A stretch of 64,000 bases of DNA from Eledone cirrhosa. Lineage: Eukaryota. The DNA is taken from NCBI GenBank assembly GCA_964016885.1, contig OZ024744.1:84010001-84074000 (forward strand), written 5' to 3'. The position numbers were made by a program, and so were the translations under genes. Positions 36,681-50,100 of the stretch are shown piece by piece (position 1 is the first letter of the stretch; the number at the start of each line of letters is the position of its first letter). The notes beneath the pieces are model-generated. The model saw only the letters and a program-made list of their open reading frames with translations, did not search any database and was not told where the DNA came from.

Positions 36681-37504
36681 TTATACATGTGCGTCCAGCA
36701 ATATCAAACAACTAAGTAAATACAAATTTGTGAATTCGTTCAATGATCATGGATACGATTATAATCTTGTCCCTTTGCTAATAGATAGGACAAAAGGTTG
36801 TGAAAAAAATACCTCTATAAATACAGTAATCTTCCTCGTTTAAAGTGTGATGTACAAAACAGCTGCTATTAGAAACAATATATAATCATATAAAATTAAA
36901 GAATTTATTTATTAGTTATTTATTTTCATAGTTTAAATTGAAAACATCGAGAGAAAGTGCAAGAGATCAACACTAAAAGTTTCTTTAATCCCATTGTATT
37001 CTTCATTAAAAGTGAAAGAGAGTATTACAAATATTTTCATTATTAATTGTCCTCGAAAAATACGTATCCCTATTGTTTATTTTCTTTTTTATAGGTTCCT
37101 GACACAGAATGTATCGTTATACTACTAAAACTCTGTGATTACTTGCTTGCTTGGCTTGCTTATGTGCAATGTAATACAGCCAAAATGGCGCATAATGGGA
37201 AAATACATTGAAAAGAAGTTGACCCTGAAATAATGGGAATACAAATGGAATAAACAAGTTTCGCGTTCCCGAGATACGGGGCTTTTCTGGATACCTTCAT
37301 AAACAAAGAGTGAGAACGGTAGAGAGGAAGAGATAGTGGTTGTGACAGAGTAGATTGAAAGAGAGACATGGAGAGAGGGAGAGGAGACAGAGAAGGATAA
37401 TATAAGAGAGAGAGAGCTGGTGGTGTTGTTGTGTATATATATATATATGTGAATGTGTGTGCATATGTGTGTGTTTATGACCAGTGTACATAGATCACAG
37501 ACAC

Positions 37505-37605
<101 letters not shown>

Positions 37606-37924
37606 CACACATTTATATATATACGTACACATCCATAAATATATATGAGCCTTCCAGTCTCATTTCACATGTCTGTGTATATTTTAATTATTTAAAAATT
37701 GAACATGATTTTTTTTTTATATTTTGAAATGAACAATGTGTCATGGGTGGTCTAAAAATGATAAAATGGCAGCATATAAAACATTTGATTACAACTAAAA
37801 CAAAAGCACTGATTCCAAAATCTATTTGAATGGGAAGTTTGTTTTCCTTGCCTTATCAGACAAAATGTAAAAGACGTCACAAAAGAAACTCTTCGTGATC
37901 ATCCTAGTTCCTGATTATTGGTGA

Positions 37925-38360
37925 CTAGCAGAGGTACCCGGCGTTGCTCGGGTATTAAATACCAGTTGTGTATGCGATTTATGTCAATACTTCAGTGCTT
38001 TTGGAAAACTATACTTTTACAAAATCATCGGCTTTTTCCAAAAGGGGGTTCCTGCCCCCCAGCGGTCCCCTACTCAATATGTGCCAATTCTGAGAGTTCA
38101 GATTCATCTGTAGAACAAACGTACCCCATGTGTCAAGTTTTGTGAAAATCGGTTGCGAACTCCAAAAATTATGACGTTTTGTTGCATTGCACTGCAGTGC
38201 TTCAGTCGACTCCAAGGAAGTGGTTAAAGGGGTTATCTACCGGGGGGCCCTATAATCAATATCTGGAAAAATGAAAGTGCCAATGACCATCCGGAGTACA
38301 TAAGTAACCTATGTCTTAAGTTTGGTGAAAATACTGTAGAAATGCATAAGGATTACAAAC
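37925..38360 (-). mobile_element. Non-autonomous Helitron-like element
   Basis: Minus strand ends tacccgagcaacgccgggtacctctgCTAG|T, nearly identical to 2301-2330; internal repeat of aagttt[t/g]gtgaaaat; 5' boundary uncertain. Confidence 0.65.
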
Positions 38361-38469
38361 ACGCGCGCGTGTGTGTGCGTGTGTATTTGTGTGTATGTCC
38401 GTTGGCGCATACGTATGTACTGGCCTAAATCTTCACTATTTGCTTTTACTATTTTAAGGCAAAGTTAAA

Positions 38470-38572
38470 ATCCCGTCGATATTAACTTTGCCTTTCATCC
38501 TTACGAGGTCGATAAAATAAAGTACCAGTAATGTACTGAGTAATGTACTGCCAAAAGTAGAAACAACTATTT
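38470..38572 (+). mobile_element. Partial SINE (core and tail)
   Basis: ttaactttgcctttcatccttacgaggtcgataaaataaagtaccagtaatgtactg...ccaaaagtagaaac. Confidence 0.8.
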
Positions 38573-38959
38573 TAATAACCTCTGTCATTTTCGTTTACAA
38601 TTTTATTTACACCATTCTTAAACTCCGGGGCTGGAAATCATTCGGTTATTTTAAATAGAATATTAGTCTACCGACTCCATTTACACCATAAACTTGGTCT
38701 TGTCTTTGCATGAAATTGTTCTTCATCGGTCCACATAACGACGTATTATCCTCGCTTTTTTTCCGTTCATTACCAGGGAACGTCTTCATGAACCAAAATA
38801 TCATCTTCCTGTTTTCCTTCAGTTGCAACGTTTCTCGAAATATTTAATTCTGCATTCACAGATTAAATTTTTTAGTTTCAGAAGATCCCGTTAATGTTGA
38901 AAGCAGTGATTCTTTGCTTAAACTTTCTTTCTTTCTCGACCCCTCTCCCTTTTTTCTCA

Positions 38960-39020
<61 letters not shown>

Positions 39021-39879
39021 ATACTCCCTCTCTCTCTCTTCCTCTACAGAATGGAGAACAATAAAGAACGCGCAGATCTCTCTCTCTCTCTCTCTCTTAT
39101 ATATGTGTTGTGTGTGTGTGTGATTGAACCAGCGTTCGTCGCCATTCTCTCTATTTGTCTCTCTATCTGATTATCTTGTACCTCTCTCTGTATAACGACC
39201 TGTCTCACCCTCTCTCTCTCTCTACATCTCCCTTTCTCTCTTTAGATGTATATGTATATGTGTGTGTGTGATATATATATATAGAGAGAGAGAGTTGCAA
39301 CATGCATGTAGTTTGATAGATTTTTGAGGGTAGTGAGAATGAATATATAACAGAGCATATAAATATATTTACATTTGAATAACATAACAAATATATTTTA
39401 AATATATACATAAATAACATTACAAATGCCTCGGTAACACTACAAAGGATGATACAATGAAAGATATATTCCTTCAATGCTACAATATTAAAGAAAATGT
39501 AAAGGAAGGGGTGAACAACGGAGCCAACACCAGAGCAAAAGACAGAAACGTCGCGAGGAGTACTGGACAACCTCTCTAATAATGTTTGAGTCAAGCCAGC
39601 ACACTCGCAGCGTTGCCTCGGATGATGGCGAGGCTGATGAGCTGAAATATTGTTTTAAAAGACATTTTAATGGAAATGAAGCAAAATGGAAGCTTAATGT
39701 TGAAACTTCGAACTCATGAATTTTGCAGGTTAAAATTTTGGTGGCCCGAAAACTGATCGCGTATTTTTGTACGCGTAGTTTGTCGTAACGTAAACAAATG
39801 ACACCATAAAAGTGAAATAACTCGTCCCTCATCTCTATTTATACATTTGAACTGAACAATCAATACATTACAAATTCGA

Positions 39880-40111
39880 TTTTTGCACTTGGCGTGGGTC
39901 GATTTGAAAAATCTTTTGACCGATGTTTCCGCCGGACCTTCATCTATAAGTGTAGCTATTTCACCGAAATTTGAACGTAAGGTTTAAGAGGAGATTTGTG
40001 CCGACCGTTTTAGTAGACAGACAGAAAGACAAACAGACAGACAACCTCAGTTTTATATATATAGACTAGCAGAAAACCACCCGGTGGGCGGTTTTCTGCT
40101 AGCAAATCTAG
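39880..40111 (-). mobile_element. Helitron-like 5' end (TCTATATATATAAAA...(GTCT)n) abutting a CTAG-bounded palindrome
   Basis: Minus strand reads tctatatatataaaactgaggttgtctgtctg from 40065; palindrome at 40066-40102. Confidence 0.55.
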
Positions 40112-40385
40112 TGTATATACTGATATTGTTGAGATTTGGATGAGAAATGTTTTCGGCACCACATGTTCACCGTCTCTCGGTGTGTCTTTTATACATGTAT
40201 AAATATATATGTTATCTATACGGTGAAATCTTTGAAATAAATATATGTTAAAACGAAAAAGGAGAAAAAGAGATTAGTGACGGAAATATAAACGTTATGA
40301 TACATAAACGTTATGATATAACGATGGAAATATATAAACGTTTACGATAAAACGATGGAAATAGAAACGTTTATATATAATGATA

Positions 40386-40442
40386 AGCCGAAACACTCGT
40401 AAGCCGAAACACTCGTAAGTCGAAACACTCGTAAAGCGAAAC
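40386..40442. repeat. 16-bp tandem repeat aagccgaaacactcgt x3.5
   Basis: Directly visible. Confidence 0.85.
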
Positions 40443-40599
40443 GTATAAATAAAGATTAATGTAATGAATTTGAAAAGCATAGAGATTTGAAACCGCGTCT
40501 ATTTGTTTCCTTGGCATTTTTTACAGACGGACAGGCAGACAAACAAATAGAGAAATGCGCATTATATATTATAAGTAGACTTGGCATGGTGTCAAGTCA

Positions 40600-40901
40600 G
40601 AACCGCCTCGAACTGGTTACTTCTGGCTTGTGCAAGGTGTCTCTATAGCAACCAGCGATTCCCTCGGCCTCAGTGACCAAAGTTAGTGGAGAGGGGAAGG
40701 TACTGTTTCTATAGCGACAGTGTTTCTCTTGGTAGTACCAAAGTGGAGAAAGGAAGGGGAAGGTAATATTTCTGTAGCACCTACATTTGAGTTTTAGGGA
40801 AGGACAGACAGGCAGACAGACAAACAGAGAAATGCCCATATATTTCTGTGTGTATATATATATATATATATATTTCACACACAGAAATGTATATATATTT
40901 C

Positions 40902-40954
<53 letters not shown>

Positions 40955-41673
40955 CACACACAGAAATGTATATATATTTCTTAGAACAAAATTATTATTA
41001 ATGTTTTGCTGTTCATAACAATTGGAATTGAAAAATTACTTTTGAAATTATTAGTTATTTTACTAATGCTTAGATATGTAAAAATGAAGCAATGTTTCTA
41101 ATAATTGTTTCTACTTTTGGCACAAGGCCAGCAATTACCAGTACATTACTGGTGCTTTATTTTATCGACCCCGTGAGGATGAAAGGCAAAGTTAACCTCG
41201 GCGGTATTTGAACTCAGACCGTAAAGGGACGTAACTCCATGCTATGAAGCATGGTGTCCGACTCTCTACAGATTCTGCCAATCCACCGCCCTAATGTCTG
41301 TACGTAATGAGCGAGTGAGAGGGGAGAGAAAGAAAGGCAGAGGTGAAGTGACGAAGTGACTCTCTCCTCCTCCTCCTCCTCCATCTCCCCATTCGTCACA
41401 GCGATAGAGGGGAGGAATGTTAGTGTGTTACAAAGAGAAAGAGTGAGGGTGAGAAAAACAGACAGACTAAAAGAGAGGGATAGCTGGAGAGAGAGAGAGA
41501 TAGCAACAGATACAGTACAGTAGCTAAGGGATGTATATATATTTCTGTGTGTATATATACATTTCTGTGTGTGTAATATATATATATATATACACACAGA
41601 AATATATATACATTTCTGTGTGTGTATATATATATATATATATATTACACACACTGAAATGTATATATATTTC

Positions 41674-41746
<73 letters not shown>

Positions 41747-42088
41747 CACACACAGAAATGTATATATATTTCTGTGTGTATATATATATATATATTACAC
41801 ACACAGAAATGTATATATATTTCTGTGTGTATATATATATATATATTTCTGTGTGTGTATATATATATATATATATTACACACACAGAAATGTATATATG
41901 TTTCTGTAGCACTCCTCAATTCCCCCTCTCTCCCTCCCGCTATCCCCCTCTTGTAGTCTGTCTCTTTCTTTCACTCTCACTCTCTCACTCTCTCTCTACG
42001 CGTGCACAAAAAACATTCGCACGCGCGCCCGTGTTTCCACTGTCGGACAGACAGACAGAGAAATTGCTGGTTATATATTATAAGGAGA
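40600..42088 (-). mobile_element. Helitron-like non-autonomous element(s) expanded by microsatellites and a SINE insertion; related to 57405-57620
   Basis: 41915-42080 is the reverse complement of 57415-57530; 40655-40703 is the reverse complement of 57572-57619. Confidence 0.6.
41101..41292 (-). mobile_element. tRNA-derived SINE
   Basis: Reverse complement of the 9904 SINE. Confidence 0.88.
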
Positions 42089-43283
42089 TGTATGCAGAAT
42101 CCATTGTTTACCTTAGCCAAAGTTCTATGTTTCTATTCAAAAGTTATCCTGGTTTATTTTGTCAGCTCATTAACATTCTTATTCATGTTTACCGAGAATT
42201 GCAGACCTTATCTTAAACTGGACTACAACCAACTTAGGATTGGTTTTGAATTCGTTGCTCATAAATCTTTCGAGCGTATGTTTCGTACTAACAGTAGTGT
42301 TGACTTTTGTTTCTATTAAACAAGATGGAAAAAGAAAACTGTATTTTAGTCTCATGACTCCATTCAAGAATGATGTAGTCTTTTCTTTATCTTGCTATAT
42401 GATGGTGACATCGTAATCATTAGATCCCAAGTTCAATCTCATCGTATGGATTGTTAGGTAAGTTTTATTTACCAAAACCTTGGGTCAACTCGTGTTAATG
42501 AGTGAAATTGGGTAAGCAGATACTGTTTGGAAACCCGCCGAATAGACTATACTTGTTATTCAAAAAGCTAGCGATGTCACGCACTCTGACAGACTCAATA
42601 TCCTTGAATATTACATTAGCGATACACATTTCTGTGAACTACACGTTAATTTCATGAGCAGGCTTTTCCATAAATAAAACAACTGGAACACTCTTCGACG
42701 AAACTAATGGCCGTCTATTCCTTCCTTCTTTTCTTTCTTCTTTCTTTCCTTTCTTCATTCCTTCTTCCTTCCTTCTTTTTTTTTCTACATGGTGAATGTG
42801 CTTGCATTTATTCCACCGGTTGGTCTTTTTGATACTTTTTTATGAACTGTGGAAAAACGCGCCAAATAGGATGCTGATTCTATATTTCAATGAAGCTTAT
42901 ATCTTTAGAATAATTCATCCTGAATGACAAGATAAAACGTTATCTAATATTCTTGCAGGAAGAGTAGAGAATGAAATCGTCCAAGAAGAGGGTACGAAAA
43001 TAGTCGTATTGAAATTTCGTTCCATTTTTAAATCCCTTCTAAATGTTTATGCTGTGTTATTTCAACAAATGAAATTCAAGCATGTGTTGAACTATGCTAT
43101 TTGAAACATAGTATATAACCTTTTAAGTATTTCGTTTAACCTCGAATATAAATGAACTTTTGAATTTCTGATAATAACTTTTACTTTGTTAAATTATATT
43201 TATTTTCTTATTTGATAAAACGATAACCTAAAAATATGTTTAAAATACATTTCTTCTTCTTCTTAATATTATTATTATTATTA

Positions 43284-46200
43284 CAGTTGCATTTATCTTG
43301 CTTTATACGAGTTATCACCAAGTCACAACCAGTGACGTCAAGAGACAACCAGGTCCGCCATGTTCAAGAAAGAACATACATACTCACACATGCATCTTTA
43401 GTGTTTAGACTTGTGATGTACTTATATTGACAGAATCTTCCTTAGTATATGGGCAGTTCCCATTAGTACTATCTTTTGTATTTCTCCTATACGCGGGTTT
43501 CCTGGGATTTGCGATAAGTAATCATTAGACCCCTTAGGTATCATTCACAGAGCGCCTACAACCACTGGTATTGTTTTAGTTCTCAATTTCCACATTTTTC
43601 CAATTTATATCGTCAGGTCCTTATACTTGCTCAATTTTTCAAATGTTTTTATAGATGCATTCTTGTCTATTGGAACGGACATATCAATTAGCAGGCATAC
43701 CCTCTTTTTAAAGTCCTTCAATATTATATCAGGTCTATTTGCATCTATTTTTCGGTCTGTTTGGATGCTAAAGTTCCACAAGATTGAGATGTGATCTTTT
43801 TCAAGTATGCGAGGTGGTTGATGCTCCCACCAATTCTTTTGATGGGGCAGGTCAAAATGCTTACACATTATCCAATGTATGTATTGTGCAGCTCTGTCAT
43901 GCCTGTTTAGGTATTCGGTTGGAGCTATAGGACTGCACATAGAAATTATATGATCAATAGTCGCTGGTTGTTTTTTGCATACACGGCATAATGGGCTGCA
44001 TCCATTTTTTATTATGTTGGTTTGGTAATTTTTTGTTGGCAGACACTGATCTTGTGCTGATATAATCAGTCCTTCAGTCTCCGATTTCAGTCCAGAGGAT
44101 GCCAACCACTGATGGGTTAAAGTGTTGTCAACATCAGGATTGTTAGCTCGCTCTGGGTATTTTCCATACAGAGGCTTTTCTTGCCATTTCTTAGCCAGTT
44201 TCTGTAGCAGTTCTTTCTTTGCAGTTACTTTTACCTGCTTTGCTTTTTCTGTGTTTTCCATTTCAGCAGTAAATGGGACTTCTGAAATTTGTAGTCCATT
44301 ACTGTATCTTTGTGCATCTTTTGTAATGTAATATGATCTTTTGATGCTTTAGTGTTTCAAAACGAGTTTGATCATCCAATCATGTGATTCCCTTAGATAT
44401 GTAGATAAGCCAATTGTTGCAGTTTTCAACGCAATGTCTAACTGGATTAATCCACGTCCTCCTTCTTTCCTAGGGAGATATATTCTATCTGTATCTGCCT
44501 TAGGGTTATGCATTCTGTGCATGGTCAAGAATCTCTGTGCTTGACCAGTTGATGACATTGTAACTGTAGGTTACTACTGGTATGGCAAGCGTGTTTATGG
44601 CTTCGATCCTATTCCTTGCATTCAATTCCGTTCTTAAGATTGCTCTTACTCTGCGGTAACATTCCTTCCTTATCCTTTCCCTCATTGTCGAGTGCTTGAT
44701 TCCGTCTCCTTCACAAACACCTAGATATTTGTAAGTTTCCTCTTGATCAAGTTCTCTTATCACATTCCCTCGATCAAGATTATTGTCTGAACTTTTCAGC
44801 AGCTTTCCTCTGGTGAACGTTGCTCTGGCGCATTTATCTAGTCCAAACTCCATTTTAATGTCATCACTGAACTGCTTCACACTGGATAATAGCCCTTGCA
44901 ATTGTTCATCATTTTTTGCAAATAGTTTCAGGTCATCCATGTAGAACAAGTGATTAATGGTTTTCTCATAGATTTTATATCCATGCTTTGTTTCATTGAG
45001 CATTTTACTTAATGGTATAAGTGCGATGCAGAATAAAAGCGGTGATAAAGAGTCACCCTGAAAAATTCCACAATTAATATTAACTTCTCCAGCTTCCAGT
45101 GATTTTGTTTCACTATTCAAAAGGAGTGTCGTTTTCCATGTCTTCATACTGAATGACAAAAACCTCCTGACAACGGGGGATATTTTGAAAATCTCTAAAC
45201 ATTTTTCAATCCATGCTTTTTTATAATCTATCCAAGCAATCGATAGATTTTTGTGTCTATTATGACAATCTTCCAGTATCATTTTGTTAACCAGAAGCTG
45301 ATCCTTACAGCCATATGAGCCTCGTTTACACCCTTTCTGCTCAATGGGAAATAGGTCATTTGTTATCAGGTGGTCATATGTGTATTTAGTTAGGACTGAT
45401 GTTAAAATTTTATACATTGTGGTCAAGCAAGTTATCGGTCTGTAATTTTTGGGATTGTTTGTCTCATCATTCTTCGGAAGCAGGAATGTAATGCCGTTAA
45501 CTAGCCATGATGGTATCTTTCTGGCTCCTTAACTATTTCATTGTAAAGTTGGGCTAACAGCTCATGAGACTCTGTGAAGGCATTTATCCAAAAGTTTTGT
45601 ATTTTGTCTTTTCCTGGGGATTTCCATTTGCTGGTTTTTCTTAGAGCCAAGCGCAACTGTTCAACTGTTATATTTTCCCATATTTGTTCCTCAAGGTGAG
45701 CTGTATCTTTCATTTGTCTGTCTGTCCATGGGGCATGTATGTTATGAAATTTTTCTTCGGCCCAGATCTTTTCCCAGAATTCTTGCACTTCCTCCTTGGG
45801 TGGTATTGATTTAGCAGTTATTGTTGACTTACCAATTTTTCTGTAGAAGTTTCTTTGGTTGTTTTTGAACATATTATTGTCCTTATAGAATCTAGATCGT
45901 TTTTCAAAGCGCCTTATACGAGCAGCTTTGGCCGACACTTTTTGCTTGATTATTTCTATCAGCATGTCTATGTCACATGTTGATTTTATACTGTACTTTC
46001 TTTTCAATTTTCTAAGTTTAGTTTGTTTAACATGTTCACCTACTTTATAGTTTGTTAAAATTTCTATGTCAGATCGGAGAAGGTTTATTTGGCGATTGAT
46101 GTTCTCTTGCCAAGTAGATTTCTTATGGGAATTCCTTTGTTTTTTCATCTTCACTCCACATAAGTGAGTGGTGACTTTAGCCGATGCATAATAGAGATGA

Positions 46201-47114
46201 TTTAAATCAGTAATGTTTAGTTTGTTTGTGATGATAATGTTTTTGAGAATTATGTTAGTCTTGTGTATTATCTTTTAGTTCTGTTTGGAGTTCTGGATCT
46301 TAGGGAGGGTGTCTCGTTGCCCCATGTCAGATTCTTTCATTTTCATCCATTCGATCATAATTTCATCCTTCAAGTTGGCAAGTTCATTCTCATTCATTTC
46401 TTTATCATTTACGATCTCATTATTTTCATTTGGAGTTTCATCCTGAGCATGCACTCCCTCCACTTTTTCGATCCTTTCTTTAATTTGTTCTGTTGCCAGT
46501 GATTCCACCCCAACCCTGGGATTCGAAGTGTTACAGTTTACCTCGTTTTCACTGACACATGTTTCATTTTCCCTTCGCTGACTTTGTGCTAATAGCTTGA
46601 TCTGATCAATTTCTATATCAGTTAGTAACTTTTTTCTTACAATATCTCTTCGTATATTGGCTAGTTTGTTACTGTCAATATAGCCTCTGTTTTCGGGATG
46701 TTTCTTTTTCCAGTTGATATATGTCTGTTCTGCATTCGATGTATTTGATGGGTAGTACATGGCAGTGTAGAAAGCCTCAAGTACTTCTTTATTATCTTCC
46801 CTTGACCATTTTTCTCTCTTTTTCTTTGGATTTCTTGGTGGTGAGCATGGAGGGCCAACAGTAGGAGTATTCCGGTTATGGGAGGTCTCCAGCTCCGAAG
46901 TGATGGGAAGGTTTGAACCATTAGCTGATTTTTCGACCACAGTCTGGTTCCTCTCTGAGGGACGCGGCCCTTTTTGACCCGGGTGACGGCCGATCCGGTA
47001 TGAGATTTTATCATTAGACATTGACTTTATTTTGTCGCGTTTTATCCTTATCGGCCAAGGGGTAATCATTTCGTGTTACCACTTCTAGAACGAGTGTCAA
47101 CCAAGACTAGAGGG
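43284..47114 (-). mobile_element. Near full-length R4/Dong-type non-LTR retrotransposon inserted in (TAA)n
   Basis: Single long ORF broken into pieces 46275-47069, 45501-46154, 44506-45426, 44349-44558 and 43605-44261; KWKSPGKD, YMDD RT, CRVC...DHIISMC knuckle, RPDII...DMSVP...KLSKY REL endonuclease; (TAA)n at both ends. Confidence 0.94.

Positions 47115-47171
<57 letters not shown>
47115..47171. repeat. (TTA)n tract shared as 5' flank by Dong (-) and Tx1 (+)
   Basis: Directly visible. Confidence 0.95.
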
Positions 47172-50100
47172 GGCGACCTACGTAGTAAATAGTATCATCG
47201 TCAGCTCCGCAAAGGTTTGTTATTTTCAGTTATTTAAAATTGCCATTTTTGGAAAATTTTTATTGTTAATTGTATATAAGTGCACATACATTGATTTCTG
47301 AAAAGGACACTCAAAAATATTGGGGCCTTGAGCCCAAAATTTAAACTTTTTATAATTATCAAACAAAAAATTTTTCTTTGAAAAATAATGGATGACTCAG
47401 ATTCACTCCTTCCTCACAATCCAACACCTCACACCGACACCACCATTGTAAATATTGTTACGTTTGCCAACACAGGAATTGTAAGCAGTAGCAATATTTT
47501 ACATTTGTCTCAGGCAGACGTTCATTTCCCGCCATTACCAATGACTGCAGGTGTTAAAGCCGCCACCACCGCGACAACCCCACCACCACCACCACAGCGA
47601 CAACTGAAACAAAAGGGAAGATAAAGTAACTTATGATATCGAAATGAATTCAACCAAAATGAACTCTTCCACACCGAACACCACTGACGCCACCACCACC
47701 ACAACTGAAACTAGAATTAACAATAGCAAAAATAACGATAACAACAGCAATAATGAAATTAAGAAAACTACCCTGAGTTTTGCCAGAGTAGCAAAAACGT
47801 GCGAAGCGATCCAGGTAACTCAGGAAGAATTAGACGAAGCCAAAGGAATGGTAAAGAAAGATGGGTACAGGGTCAGTCTCACCCCCCCCCTCCCAAACAC
47901 ACACACACACACCTAATAAAATGGAGCAACGTAGCCTATGCACCGTGTCTTATCGGGCAATAAACATAAAATCGCGCCGAGTAAAACGGGCATCCGAGTC
48001 CCAAATCCAAAAAGTTTTGGGACATGTGTGGGCAAAAAAACCCACATCAGACGTGGGCAGAAGTATGGAACCGTGGACGTGTTCTTTTAAACAGCACAGG
48101 AGGCCAGAGAACACTCCATGTCCCCATTAATAAGTGACGACTTCACACTCATCCCTAGCTATTGTGGCCACAGACTTGTGAAGATCAGGGTGACACACGT
48201 TCCACCGGCCATCGAAATTCCCTGGCTAATGGCTGCCGTCCTCGCCGGCATCGAGGCCAACAAAAAAATAATAGAAATAGCAAAAGAAATGCAGGAGAAC
48301 TGGTCCGGATCTGGGATGGAGCTCCTGATCCAAGCGGACCATAAAAGCATTGAGGAGATCCCAGAGGTAATAGACCTCACTGACGGCAGCCACCTCACCG
48401 TAATCGTCGAGGGCAGAAGACCAAGGTGTGTCGTTTGTGGTGAAGGAACCCACCTAAGGACTTCTACCCTCAGGCTAAAAGGTTGAGGCCATCTCTCTTA
48501 CCCACCCCAGTGACTCAACCATCAACACCACCAGCAGCAGAAATGGCACAACAATTGTAGCAGCAACACCAGAAGCAACTGTAACAGCAACAACCCCAGC
48601 AACAGTAGCAAAACCAACACCACCACCACCCAAGGCCCCAGAACTAGCACCAGCGTCTACACCATCCACCACGCCACAATCAAAACCAACGCCTGTGGAG
48701 GATTTTCCACTCCCCGGCTTATCGCAACTGGAGACAGATTGTGACGACGAGGAGTGGGAAACGGTATCAGGAAAAAATAAAAGAAGAAACCAAAAAAGAA
48801 AAATTCTCTTATCTCACCCTCCAAAAACCAAATACAGAGGGAAACAAATAAATTAGCAAACAGGAAAGTTAAAACAGATATGCCACCATCCACACCAGCA
48901 TCACCAACCCTATCACCACAAACACCAACACCATCACCATCATTAACCCCAACACCACCATCACCAACACCACAAAAGTCACCAAAAAGCGTAACAGAAA
49001 CAAACCCCCAACAAACGCAAACAAAACAAAACAACCAAAACGATACACACTACACAGCATTAAATTTGAACAAGGCGGTGGATTGGCAGTATCAGTAGAG
49101 GGTCGGACGCCATGCTTTGAAGCATAGAGTTACCTCCCTGTATGATCTGAGTTCAAATCCCGCCGAGGTTAACTTTGCCTTTCATCCTTACGGGGTCGAT
49201 AAAATAAATTACCAGTAATGCACTGGGTAATTGATAGCCTTGTGCCAATTATTAAACCAATTATTACTATACATGCAACACAACACCAGCATCACAGAAA
49301 AAGACTACACAACAACCCCAAAATTCACACCACCTCCACACATACAAATCACTCGCATCACACAGAAAACGTACACAACACTAAAACAAAAATTCCCCAA
49401 AGACATCGGAGACTTCGGACAAACACTCTCCAGGAGGATTTATAAGGACATTCTTCCGGAGGAGGCCACAAGCAGTGAAAAGGATGGACAAACCATCCTT
49501 CCTCTACGAGAAGTAAGGTAAGTGGTCTTTCCCATCTTTTCCACTCCATTTCAACATGACCTCACACAGAATAGGCAGCATAAATGCGCGTGGCTTGGGG
49601 TCGTCATGGAAGCTGGGCCACCTGCTCAACGACCTCAAGTCACTAAACATAGATGTAGTGGCCATCAGCCAGACCAGAATCTCCGAAGAACGGGCCTTTG
49701 CACCGATCTTCGGGGGCTACGATGTGTAAGCATCTCCCAGCCGTCCGGGATCGGGGGTAGGAGTTGCTATGCTTTTTCTGAGAAGTTTGGATCTCGCCAT
49801 ACGGGCCATCTTCCTGGACCCATAAGGTAAGTTGGTGGTGCTAGACGTGACCGGCGGAGAGGGGCAAGCTTTCAGGCTAGTGGCCGTCTATGCCCCGACA
49901 GGAGCAGGGCGGCCTGATTTCTTCCCGCATCTGGAGACCTTTCTTGGAACGTCCCGCTCTTTAGTGTTGGTGGGCGACTGGAACTGGATTTTAGATGCAA
50001 GCTGGGACTGTGTGGGATTAGCGGATAGGGGAGGGGGGTGCAAGAGACTCACCAACCTGCTCAGGCGTTTTGAACTGTCTGACAGGTACCGATTTGATTT

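Noticed and set aside
38580-39860. Possible host exons or transposase fragments in the less repetitive sequence
   Set aside because: The short ORFs have no recognisable domain and no consistent splice structure.
42420-42545. Exon ending at ttag|gtaagt (~42457)
   Set aside because: The surrounding sequence resembles a decayed older SINE (box B-like gttcaatc followed by a typical body) and no convincing reading frame precedes it.
47055-47114. HDV-like ribozyme at the Dong 5' end
   Set aside because: Some short pairings exist (tctag/ctaga, tcgt/acga) but I could not assemble the nested double pseudoknot by eye; a covariance-model search is needed.
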